A stretch of DNA of 64,000 bases from Methanobacteriota archaeon (GTDB lineage: Archaea > Thermoplasmatota > Poseidoniia > Poseidoniales > Thalassarchaeaceae), in contig JABIKU010000002.1 in NCBI GenBank assembly GCA_018654845.1, positions 81,602-145,601 on the forward strand, given 5' to 3'. The number at the start of each line of letters is the position of its first letter. The stretch's first letter is position 1. A model generated the notes under the pieces. That model ran no database searches. It worked only from the letters and a program-made list of their open reading frames with translations, and was not told where the DNA came from. Of this stretch, positions 28,570 through 36,846 are shown one piece after another. The translations under genes were made by a program, and so were the position numbers.

Positions 28570-29523
28570 ATGAAGGGGCATGTATTGACGGTTGCAATAT
28601 GCCTTTTCATGGTTAGTTTCAGCCCATTTTTTTTACAAACCTCTGCACAACCATCAATTCTTCCTAGTATCACTTTCAACTGTTTAGAAGATTCAGTCGA
28701 AATTGGAATTGACTCGCCCTTAGTGACTTGTGAAATTGAAAATCCAACTCAATATGTAGAAAAAATCGAACTTACTTCTGAATCTGACATTAATTTGGCT
28801 CATCCCGAAGAGATTACTGTGGGCCCTGGTGAATCGCAGCAATTCATGATTGCGATAGATAGTACTAGTGCGATAAATTATGGAGATTATGAAGCAAATA
28901 TTTCGGCAAAGGTTGTCGAAGCAAATGATATCGCAGTGAGTTTGATTACATCTACTGAAAGTGACTCTTTCATCATCACAATTCCAGAAATATTGGATTG
29001 TGAAGTTACCATGGGGCAGGGCGGGGGAACGATTGAAACGGGAGAAATTGTCATTTTCTCTGCAACATACCGGTGTGATGGAAACCGAGATGGAGTGGTG
29101 GTTAATGCACATCTCGAGCTTTTCGAACACGGAGGATCGTCACCAAATTGGCCTGCGGGTTTTATCGATAAATCGCCCCCTTGTGATTTAACTGTAAACA
29201 ATGGCGATGGAGTTGCTTCTTGCCAATTCACACTTGAGACCCCGGATGACATTTCTTCCGAATGGAAAGGTTGTATGATAATCCTTGACGATACCGTACG
29301 CACCACAGATTCTTGTAATCAAAACACCAAATTACAATTAACAGTGAAACCAAAATCGACAGGACTAGGAATTGAGCTGGGTGGCAATGATTCTATTATC
29401 GAACAATTGGGACTTACCAAAGAACAATTGCCAATTATTGGCGGCGCCATAGGATTGGTTTTATTGATCGGCATTGGGTTAGTGATTTTTCGACGAAAAA
29501 ACCGTGAAGAAGAATATGAATAG
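28570..29523 (+). CDS. secreted, C-terminally membrane-anchored surface protein (CARDB-like beta-sandwich segments)
   Basis: N-terminal signal-like helix (VAICLFMVSFSPFFL), GPGESQQFMIAIDS-type strand motifs, and a C-terminal TM IIGGAIGLVLLIGIGLVIF followed by RRKNRE. Confidence 0.5.
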   Translation: MKGHVLTVAICLFMVSFSPFFLQTSAQPSILPSITFNCLEDSVEIGIDSPLVTCEIENPTQYVEKIELTSESDINLAHPEEITVGPGESQQFMIAIDSTSAINYGDYEANISAKVVEANDIAVSLITSTESDSFIITIPEILDCEVTMGQGGGTIETGEIVIFSATYRCDGNRDGVVVNAHLELFEHGGSSPNWPAGFIDKSPPCDLTVNNGDGVASCQFTLETPDDISSEWKGCMIILDDTVRTTDSCNQNTKLQLTVKPKSTGLGIELGGNDSIIEQLGLTKEQLPIIGGAIGLVLLIGIGLVIFRRKNREEEYE

Positions 29524-29538
29524 TGACGTCTGGGCGCC

Positions 29539-29865
29539 TCATTCAAGTACGAGAATAAGCCAACGGATTAAGATTGTTGAGACCGCTGCAAGTCCAATAG
29601 ATTCGTTGCTTGGAAAGTTGAAAGAGGTCGTGAAAACATAGTACTGGGCGGCGGTTAATGCAAGGAAAACCGCGATGCTCTTGAGGGTTGATACATCCCA
29701 AGGAGATTGAGAAATAATATGGTGGCGATTATTGATAATTTTGCAAGTAAGGCAAACTAAGCCTAGGACGATTAGGTGACCTATCAACCAACCAAGGCTG
29801 CTTCCAAATGCACCGACAATCATATCTTGAAAACCACATAGAACAAATGATGCTATGTCAATCAT
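29539..29865 (-). CDS. hypothetical small membrane protein
   Basis: 108 aa with three hydrophobic helices. No known motif. Confidence 0.4.
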   Translation of the reverse strand: MIDIASFVLCGFQDMIVGAFGSSLGWLIGHLIVLGLVCLTCKIINNRHHIISQSPWDVSTLKSIAVFLALTAAQYYVFTTSFNFPSNESIGLAAVSTILIRWLILVLE

Positions 29866-29986
29866 GAATCCACGACTGGCTTCAAGTTCTTCAATACACT
29901 TAATTCAACCATTGCCTATAATATTGTAATTTGTATTTGAATAAATTCCTAATCAACAGGGAAATGAAGAACCGATATGCCTTAGC

Positions 29987-31252
29987 GTGTCATCTCTACG
30001 AAACCATGTGAGTGATTTGCGCCCCAAGCTACTCGTTGTCAAAGCGGCAATGAATGTAAATGGTGGGGCGGCTAGAGATTTGCTTAGAAATTTACCAGAG
30101 ATTGCGAAATTTTTCCACGTCAAATTTGCTTGCCTGAACATCCTTGATTCACAAAAAATATTTCTCCAGAATCATGGAATTACTGTAATTGTTCCCGAAG
30201 TGCAATGGATTGCGAAAGGCGGCCTATTCAATGAGATCACTGCGGGTCAAGAACGCAGTTCCGCTAAAGCATGGAGAGAAAATACCTCGGTTCACGATGC
30301 AATTGAATGGGCTGATATTATACATTTAACAGGAGGGAATGGTTCAATGGAATTTCCACAACTTGTGCCTTCAACTAAGCCAATGCATTTGCATTTTTTA
30401 GAATCTAAACCTGGACTTCATGATGATATCAGCCACCTAAAACCTGATGGAAAGGGACGATGGAAACCTACTCTAATGCATTTTCTGCAAATTTTACAAC
30501 GAAAGAGGATTGAGAAATCTTTTAATTTATTCAAAAATAATTCTCAATGGGCAGTTTCTGCAAATTCAAAGTTTTCTGCTGCTAATTTATTTAGGATTTA
30601 TCAAATCAGAGGAGATTTTCTCTACCCCTCAGTGGATCTTTCTGAATTTTCTAGGGATTACTCCGACCGTGAAATCCTTGCTTTTAACGAGTTAAATTTG
30701 CCACCGAGTGGCTCATATCTAGTCACGGTCGGTAGAATTTCTCGCTTCAAAGGAATTTATGAAGCCGTTGAGCATATCAGAAATTCTGGGCTCGCATTAG
30801 TTGTTATCGGCGGTGGAAATAGCAGAGAAAATGAATCGTTAATATCGTTTGGAAAAAAAATAGGAGTAAATATTAATGTTCTTTCAGATATTGATTCTGA
30901 AGCCATGCGCGCTGTTCTAAGGAATTCTATCGCTGTTATTGGACTGGCTCACGGAGAAGCATTTGGATTAACTCCCATCGAAGCAATGGCGATTGGTATA
31001 CCACCGATATTTGTCGATGAGGGGGGTTATCGAGAAACAATAATTGACGGGGAAAATGGTCGGCTAATTTCGCGTCACGATCTTAGTGAATGGAAGAAAG
31101 CATTTGAACAAGCACAAGATATAGAAATTCGAACTCGGTGGTCAAATTCAGGCCTACAAAGGATTGCTAAATTAGGACTAAGCCCCGAAAATCATGCTGA
31201 AAGATTACAATCCAAGTTAAATTCCATGCTTTCGATGGAGGAGTCCTCTTGA
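29987..31252 (+). CDS. GT-B fold glycosyltransferase (GT4-like)
   Basis: C-terminal domain signature GEAFGLTPIEAMAIGIPPIFVDEGGYRETIIDGENGRLI (EX7E-type). The exact start is uncertain (GTG). Confidence 0.85.
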   Translation: MSSLRNHVSDLRPKLLVVKAAMNVNGGAARDLLRNLPEIAKFFHVKFACLNILDSQKIFLQNHGITVIVPEVQWIAKGGLFNEITAGQERSSAKAWRENTSVHDAIEWADIIHLTGGNGSMEFPQLVPSTKPMHLHFLESKPGLHDDISHLKPDGKGRWKPTLMHFLQILQRKRIEKSFNLFKNNSQWAVSANSKFSAANLFRIYQIRGDFLYPSVDLSEFSRDYSDREILAFNELNLPPSGSYLVTVGRISRFKGIYEAVEHIRNSGLALVVIGGGNSRENESLISFGKKIGVNINVLSDIDSEAMRAVLRNSIAVIGLAHGEAFGLTPIEAMAIGIPPIFVDEGGYRETIIDGENGRLISRHDLSEWKKAFEQAQDIEIRTRWSNSGLQRIAKLGLSPENHAERLQSKLNSMLSMEESS

Positions 31253-32181
31253 TTAATGAAATAATAAATCTAGAAAAGGTTGGAGAACTTCTTGAATTAG
31301 CCGATTATTCTGCATTATCAAAAATTGAGGTTCTTTCCGGTGGCTGGGCAAATTCAAATTATCTAGTAACATGCGACGATGAAAGAAAAGTCGTACTGAA
31401 AATTTGGCGAGAAAGAAGCCCTGATGCGGTTCAAAAAATGAATTCAAGCATAGAATGGATTGCAAAACACGGGGTATCTACCCCCACCCCACTCAAATTG
31501 AAAAATAATGAATACATGATCGTAGTCGATGGTTTTGCTTGGATTCTGATTCCATTTATCAATGCCCCATGGATCTCACAAGATACTGCTTCATTAAAAT
31601 CACTCGGCATTGCCATTGCTGGCCTTCACGCCGTCCCTAATGCAGGACATTTTGGGACTTATTATACGATGGGAGTCGATATATGGCCGGAGCTTTTTGA
31701 ACGCGCGGAATCTGAAAATAAATGGTCACCTTTCCTAAGAATGTTAGAAGAAGAATTAATCAAAAAAGATAAGAATATTCCAATAAATTTACCCAAAGGT
31801 GTGATTCATGGTGATTTATTTCAAGACAATATCCTAGGGCACCCCGGTGAAGTTTTAGCAATTATTGATTTTGAGGATATTTGTTATAACATTCTAGCAA
31901 TCGATTTAGTTGTAGCATTCATCGGATGCTGCTGGATTGATGAAAAACCAGTAAAAGAGTTGTGGATTTCACTATTATCTGGCTATGAATCAGTACGCCC
32001 CCTCTCGTCAGAAGAAAGAGCTGCCTTGCCTGAATTATACCGGTACGCCAGCCTTTCAGTCGCTGCTTGGCGTTATCGAAAATTTATCTTAGATGAAGAA
32101 GATTCGGAACATGCTGACAGATATTTATTGATGATGAAAAGATTGGAAGAACCTGTTGGGTTTCTGACTGAATATCAATAA
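31249..32181 (+). CDS. phosphotransferase-family kinase (APH / choline / homoserine kinase type II-like)
   Basis: Brenner/catalytic motif VIHGDLFQDNIL and AIIDFED. TTG start overlaps the glycosyltransferase stop by 4 nt. Confidence 0.78.
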   Translation: MINEIINLEKVGELLELADYSALSKIEVLSGGWANSNYLVTCDDERKVVLKIWRERSPDAVQKMNSSIEWIAKHGVSTPTPLKLKNNEYMIVVDGFAWILIPFINAPWISQDTASLKSLGIAIAGLHAVPNAGHFGTYYTMGVDIWPELFERAESENKWSPFLRMLEEELIKKDKNIPINLPKGVIHGDLFQDNILGHPGEVLAIIDFEDICYNILAIDLVVAFIGCCWIDEKPVKELWISLLSGYESVRPLSSEERAALPELYRYASLSVAAWRYRKFILDEEDSEHADRYLLMMKRLEEPVGFLTEYQ

Positions 32182-32195
32182 TAAAGGAGAAAGGT

Positions 32196-32654
32196 ATGGC
32201 AGTAATACATTCAATCAATGCTAATCCAAATGGCGGGGTGCCCAAACCTCGAATTAATTTGGCTCAACTCTGCTATAGTGGAGTCGAGGGCGATAAGCAG
32301 AACGATTTGCGTTACCACGGCGGTCCACTACGTGCAGTATGCCTATATTCTCTTGAAAAAATCAAGATGCTGCAAGCTGAAGGGCATCCGATTGATGTCG
32401 GCACAACTGGAGAAAATCTGACGATTAAAGACATAGATTGGGATTCGTTAGAGGCAGGAATGGAATTCTCTATCGGTGATGCTCTAATCGAATTGACCAC
32501 CCGCGCTCCACCATGCAATATCATTAACGGTTCTTTCAGTGATCTAAATTCGAAGCGTATTTCTCATGAAGACAACCCTGGATGGTCACGTTGGTATGCA
32601 AAAGTTCTGACGGAAGGATTTGTAGAAGTTGGGGATTTGGTTATTCGAGGATGA
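32196..32654 (+). CDS. MOSC domain protein
   Basis: GVEGDKQNDLRYHGGPLRAVCLYS, GENLTI, and the conserved cysteine context RAPPCNII. Confidence 0.85.
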   Translation: MAVIHSINANPNGGVPKPRINLAQLCYSGVEGDKQNDLRYHGGPLRAVCLYSLEKIKMLQAEGHPIDVGTTGENLTIKDIDWDSLEAGMEFSIGDALIELTTRAPPCNIINGSFSDLNSKRISHEDNPGWSRWYAKVLTEGFVEVGDLVIRG

Positions 32655-32725
32655 AACATCGTTTCAAGAACGCGCTTAGTGGGTTCGCCATTCTGAAATA
32701 GGGATGGTCGCTCGCCCGGTTCAAA

Positions 32726-32810
32726 GCAGAGGTACCCGAGTGGTCAAAGGGGCTGGGATGAGGTCCCAGTGCGTAGTGCTTCGCAGGTTCAAATCCTGTC
32801 CTCTGCACCA
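32726..32810 (+). tRNA. tRNA-Leu (anticodon GAG), type II with long variable arm, CCA encoded
   Basis: GCAGAGG acceptor pairs with CCTCTGC. Anticodon stem CTGGG/CCCAG with loop ATGAGGT, long variable arm, T arm GCAGG-TTCAAAT-CCTGT, discriminator A, then CCA. Confidence 0.92.
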
Positions 32811-32869
32811 TCCTAACAACACCAGCGGTTACGGGACAATTTCAAAGAGCATTGCTTGGCTCTGGAGCC

Positions 32870-35053
32870 ATGCGAGCCAGTGCTGTTCCAGTGATTCTGG
32901 TTGTTTTGGTGATGATTAGCCAGTCACTCGCAGTCATCTCCTACGCCGAATTAGAGAAAGGGGCTACGCATCTTGAAACAGACTATGGTGGGCCTATCGC
33001 ATATACTGACGAACACACATATGCCACATTAGGAACTTCAGAAAGGAGCGCTACTTTGACTATGCCAGGAGGGCATGACTACGACAGGCCGCTGCCTCTC
33101 GTCGTGTCGCTGCACGGCTACAGCGGATGGGGGACACAAAACTCCGCCTACATGGGACTGTACGACAGTGTCCACGAAAATGAACACCTGTTACTATCTC
33201 CCGATGGTACAATGAACTGGTTCCTTCAGAGATGGTGGAACGCTACTGATAGCTGCTGCAACTTATACGATGATGAGGTAGATGATGTTGGGTACCTCCA
33301 GAACCTAATCGAGGAAGCAGTGCTGAACTACGGCGCTGACCCCGATGGAGTGGTTATCATGGGGCATTCCAATGGGGGCTTCATGTCACACCGGATGGCA
33401 TGTGACTCAGGCGGTTCTATCAGATCAATAGTATCCCTCAACGGTGCTACCTGGGATGACTTCTCTTCCGACTGCCCGGACACGGGAAGGCCAGACATAC
33501 TCCATGTCCACTCTACAGGAGACGGGGTAATCTACTACGACGGGGGTTCGATTTTAGGTAACGAATACCCCTCGGCTCTAGAGTCGGTTGACCATTGGGC
33601 AGACCGATCAGGATGCGACCTGTCCATGACGCTCCTTGGGAGCATCGACCTAATCAACTCAGATGGAATAAGCGAGACAGATTCATTCGAAAACCTCAAC
33701 TGCTCAGATGACAACAGAGTAGCTCATTGGAGAATAAACAACGGCTCTCATCTCCCCTCTCTGAATGAGCCCGTATGGGCAGACCTGACTCTTTCTTGGG
33801 CCCTTTCGGGTTTTGTCAGAGACTCTGATGGAGACGGTTATCGAGACGACGCGGATGCCTTCGTGTACGACTCTGACGAGTGGGCGGATAACGATGAGGA
33901 CGGAATTGGGGACAACGCAGACATAGATGATGATAATGATGGGTTGACCGACTCAGAAGAGGCAAATATCGGCACAAACCCACTCAATTGGGATACGGAT
34001 GGTGATGACGTTTCTGACTTGACTGACTGCGACCCAATAAACGGAGAACTGTACACTGACACCGATTTAGACGGGGTATGTGATGAGGTGGATGAAGATG
34101 CAGATGGAGACAATTGGAACAACGACCAGGAATTCGATTGTCTTACTGATTGGTTGGATGTTAGCTCAGTACCATCTGATTTAGACAGCGATGGTGTTTG
34201 TGACGTGATGGATACTGATGATGATGGTGATGGGTACTTCGATGATTACGATTTGTTTCCCCTCGATGCTAGCGAATGGTCGGACAATGATGGGGATGGA
34301 TTAGGAGACAATGCGGACACCGATGATGATAATGATGGTTGGTCTGACGATGATGAGTTATCATGCGGAACCAATCCCTGGGGACTCCCGGATCCAGAAG
34401 ACATGGACGGAGATGGTGTGTGCGACTTCCTTGACCCTGATATCGATGGTGATGGGCATCCTAACGATGATGACCACTATCCCTTAGATTCCAGTGAATG
34501 GGCAGACACTGACGGTGATGGAGTAGGTGATAACGCGGACGCGTTTCCAAGTAACCCAAATGAGTGGTCTGACACAGACGAAGACGGAGTCGGCGACAAC
34601 TCAGATGCTTTTCCAAACGATTCTAATGAAACATTGGACACTGACGAGGATGGAGTGGGAGACAACGCTGACGCATTTCCTAGCGACCAAAACGAGTGGT
34701 CCGATACTGATGGCGACGGAATCGGCGACAACTCAGACGCGTTTCCAAACGAGGCAAACGAATGGAGTGACTTGGACGGGGATGGAGTGGGGGACAATAC
34801 CGACACCTTCCCAACAAACCCCCTAGAGTGGATAGACACCGACGGGGATGGCTTCGGAGACAACTCAGATGCTTTTCCGATGGACGGAGGGGAGTGGCTG
34901 GACACAGACGGAGACGGTGTAGGTAACAATGCAGACGCCTATCCTCTTGATTCTTCTAAGTGGGAGGAAGACCCTGATTACGCTATGATTGGGGTGGTAG
35001 TGGCGCTGGTTATGATTAGTGTCCTAGCGTACACAAGACAACGACATGATTGA
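32870..35053 (+). CDS. secreted alpha/beta-hydrolase (esterase/PHB depolymerase-like) fused to thrombospondin type 3 calcium-binding repeats, with a C-terminal TM anchor
   Basis: Signal helix VPVILVVLVMISQSLAV. LVVSLHGYSGWG and the nucleophile elbow GHSNGG. About 375 aa of DxDxDGxGDxxD repeats. C-terminal TM IGVVVALVMISVLAY. Start set at ATG 32870. Confidence 0.8.
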   Translation: MRASAVPVILVVLVMISQSLAVISYAELEKGATHLETDYGGPIAYTDEHTYATLGTSERSATLTMPGGHDYDRPLPLVVSLHGYSGWGTQNSAYMGLYDSVHENEHLLLSPDGTMNWFLQRWWNATDSCCNLYDDEVDDVGYLQNLIEEAVLNYGADPDGVVIMGHSNGGFMSHRMACDSGGSIRSIVSLNGATWDDFSSDCPDTGRPDILHVHSTGDGVIYYDGGSILGNEYPSALESVDHWADRSGCDLSMTLLGSIDLINSDGISETDSFENLNCSDDNRVAHWRINNGSHLPSLNEPVWADLTLSWALSGFVRDSDGDGYRDDADAFVYDSDEWADNDEDGIGDNADIDDDNDGLTDSEEANIGTNPLNWDTDGDDVSDLTDCDPINGELYTDTDLDGVCDEVDEDADGDNWNNDQEFDCLTDWLDVSSVPSDLDSDGVCDVMDTDDDGDGYFDDYDLFPLDASEWSDNDGDGLGDNADTDDDNDGWSDDDELSCGTNPWGLPDPEDMDGDGVCDFLDPDIDGDGHPNDDDHYPLDSSEWADTDGDGVGDNADAFPSNPNEWSDTDEDGVGDNSDAFPNDSNETLDTDEDGVGDNADAFPSDQNEWSDTDGDGIGDNSDAFPNEANEWSDLDGDGVGDNTDTFPTNPLEWIDTDGDGFGDNSDAFPMDGGEWLDTDGDGVGNNADAYPLDSSKWEEDPDYAMIGVVVALVMISVLAYTRQRHD
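34493..34960 (+). repeat. in-frame tandem repeat, ~69-bp period (23-aa TSP3-like unit), about 7 copies
   Basis: Successive units: EWADTDGDGVGDNADAFPSNPN / EWSDTDEDGVGDNSDAFPNDSN / ETLDTDEDGVGDNADAFPSDQN / EWSDTDGDGIGDNSDAFPNEAN / EWSDLDGDGVGDNTDTFPTNPL / EWIDTDGDGFGDNSDAFPMDGG / EWLDTDGDGVGNNADAYPLDSS. Confidence 0.85.
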
Positions 35054-35077
35054 GTGCATAGAGTGCTTTCGATAAAC

Positions 35078-35434
35078 ATGAACTGGGTCAGTCTAGTAGG
35101 AAAGGGATTGTTTAGCGGAGCCGTAATAGTGACAGCCAGCGAGATCGCAAAGAAGTCGGCGACCTTCGGAGCTCTAGTTGTCTCACTGCCGCTGGCGAGC
35201 ATTATTGCCCTCACTTCCCTCTATCAAGAAACATCAGATGTTGAAAAAGTCGCAGATTTTGCTGAGGGAATTCTATGGCTGGTCTTGCCATCATTAATTT
35301 TATTTGTCACTTTGCCAATAATGTTGAGGAAAAATATTGAATTCGAAATTGCAATGGCAATTTCAATTATCTTAACAATTATCGCCTATGGTATCGGTAT
35401 TTGGGCTGCACAAACTATTGGAAACATTTCTTGA
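35078..35434 (+). CDS. small hypothetical membrane protein (DUF3147-like?)
   Basis: Four hydrophobic helices. Start taken at MNWVSLVGKG. Family assignment is tentative. Confidence 0.4.
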   Translation: MNWVSLVGKGLFSGAVIVTASEIAKKSATFGALVVSLPLASIIALTSLYQETSDVEKVADFAEGILWLVLPSLILFVTLPIMLRKNIEFEIAMAISIILTIIAYGIGIWAAQTIGNIS

Positions 35435-35857
35435 TTAATTATCATCAAATACTTCAATTTCGATATTACGTCGTATTAAATCAGTAAATTTTGACTTGTA
35501 TTGTGTAGCTTTTACACTGTGATTATCAATCCAGTGGTAATTTCCTCCCCGTGGCTTTCCAAACAAAAGGGAATGAAATTTGAATCCTTTTTCATTAAGC
35601 CAAGCTTCGGTTACTTCTCTGTGCTCTTCGGTTCTTGCTGTAAAAAAACATATTTGATGGCCTTCATCGTACCAGCGATTGGTTGTTTCTAATGCATCTG
35701 GGTAGGCTTCAGCGGTCACCATTCTCTCGGGTTCTTCATTAGGAATGTCTTCACCTATCGTTCCATCTATATCGATGAGATAATTTTTTGTTTCTACAGA
35801 AAAAACAGGGCTCGCCCGCAATCCATTCTCATCCAATGCCTCTAAGAGCTCTTCCAT
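35435..35857 (-). CDS. HAD-superfamily phosphatase
   Basis: Motif I YLIDIDGTI, motif II FFTAR, and lysine motif FGKPRGG. 140 aa. Confidence 0.68.
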   Translation of the reverse strand: MEELLEALDENGLRASPVFSVETKNYLIDIDGTIGEDIPNEEPERMVTAEAYPDALETTNRWYDEGHQICFFTARTEEHREVTEAWLNEKGFKFHSLLFGKPRGGNYHWIDNHSVKATQYKSKFTDLIRRNIEIEVFDDN

Positions 35858-35951
35858 AGATTATCGCGGACTGAGGCAATACATGAATAAGTAGGTTAGT
35901 ACATCTCTTTATCTGCTATTTCTGGATGCCAGGGCGTTTTCTAATATTCAT

Positions 35952-35978
35952 AGCGGAAAATAATTTCCGGATTCCGAA
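35952..35978. promoter_or_regulatory. TTCCGGA/TTCCGAA motif pair with BRE/TATA-like CGGAAAATAATTT upstream of the amidinotransferase-fold gene
   Basis: AGCGGAAAATAATTTCCGGATTCCGAATAG lies 32-58 nt upstream of ATG 36010. It resembles the elements at 6164-6200 and 15692-15699. Confidence 0.3.
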
Positions 35979-36009
35979 TAGTTATGAATGGGAGGGCGGA
36001 CGGCGATTC

Positions 36010-36807
36010 ATGCCTGGCACCTTCGATCGGAGTCGTCGGTCCGCAGTCACCCGACGCGTATCAAAAAATTTCGATCATGCGCTCTCTAAATATTTCGGTG
36101 TCAACACTCCCGATGCGAAAGCAGGACAAGGGGCTCATGATGCCTATGTGGCTGCACTTCGTGCGCACGGAACTGAGGTCACAGTCCTTCCAGGACTTGA
36201 TAATCACCCAGATTGTTGTTTCGTCGAAGATGTTGCCGTGATGGTTTGCGACAAGGCAATTATTCCCAAATTAGGGCATGAGTCTCGTGAAGGAGAACAG
36301 ATGGCAATAATCGAATACTTGAGAGGGGGTTCTGAAATTATCCACATGAATTCCAATTGCACTTTAGATGGTGGTGATGTTATTTTCTTAGATGATCGTT
36401 ATCTAATTGGCATCTCAACACGAACTAATCGAGCTGGAGCTGAATTCCTAGCGAAATACGTCAAAGAGGCTGGCTTTGAAGTTGAATTAATTGAAATCCC
36501 AGACTCAACCTTGCATCTAACAACCGTCTGTTCTTCTCCACGCCCAGGGACTCTTGTCGCCGCAGAAGGGCATCTTAGTATCAATCAAATAGGACACCTT
36601 GCTGAAGAAATAATTTGGGTGCCTAATTCTGAGACTTATGCTGCGAATACAATTGGATATCCTGAGGATAAGGTCATTATAGCGGCAGGATATTCAGCAA
36701 CTCGACAATTATTACTCGACGCTGGATTCAACGTCACAACAGTTGACATGGATGCGATTCGTGAAGCAGATGGGTCCCTAACTTGCTTATCACAGTTCAA
36801 TGCGTGA
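36010..36807 (+). CDS. dimethylarginine dimethylaminohydrolase / amidinotransferase-fold enzyme
   Basis: CCFVEDVAVM, LDGGDVIFL, IGISTRTNRAGAEFL, STLHLTT, and the C-terminal catalytic cysteine context ADGSLTCLSQF. Confidence 0.8.
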   Translation: MPGTFDRSRRSAVTRRVSKNFDHALSKYFGVNTPDAKAGQGAHDAYVAALRAHGTEVTVLPGLDNHPDCCFVEDVAVMVCDKAIIPKLGHESREGEQMAIIEYLRGGSEIIHMNSNCTLDGGDVIFLDDRYLIGISTRTNRAGAEFLAKYVKEAGFEVELIEIPDSTLHLTTVCSSPRPGTLVAAEGHLSINQIGHLAEEIIWVPNSETYAANTIGYPEDKVIIAAGYSATRQLLLDAGFNVTTVDMDAIREADGSLTCLSQFNA

Positions 36808-36846
36808 GCCCGTCGCATTCAACAGCAGTGAATATCTCGGCAATTC

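Noticed and set aside
32655-32870. Possible integrated mobile element or genomic island at tRNA-Leu, with surface-protein genes on both sides.
   Set aside because: I found no integrase, excisionase, transposase or direct repeat of the tRNA 3' end in the flanks by eye. tRNA adjacency alone is not evidence.
32704-32919. 71-aa ORF overlapping tRNA-Leu, and likewise ORF 9677-9955 (minus) overlapping tRNA-Cys.
   Set aside because: Both regions fold into complete cloverleaf tRNAs with encoded CCA, so the ORFs are spurious.
33838-34929. Long antisense or alternate-frame ORFs inside the TSP3 repeat region (33838-34122 minus, 34477-34929 minus, 34527-34826 plus), rich in SPS/TSS repeats.
   Set aside because: They are by-products of the repetitive GAY-rich coding sequence. 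The plus-strand frame gives canonical DxDxDGxGDxxD calcium-binding repeats continuous with a signal peptide, catalytic domain and TM anchor.
34493-34960. Regular 69-bp repeats considered as a CRISPR-like array.
   Set aside because: The units are contiguous, without unique spacers, and lie in frame inside a coding sequence. No cas genes are in the window.
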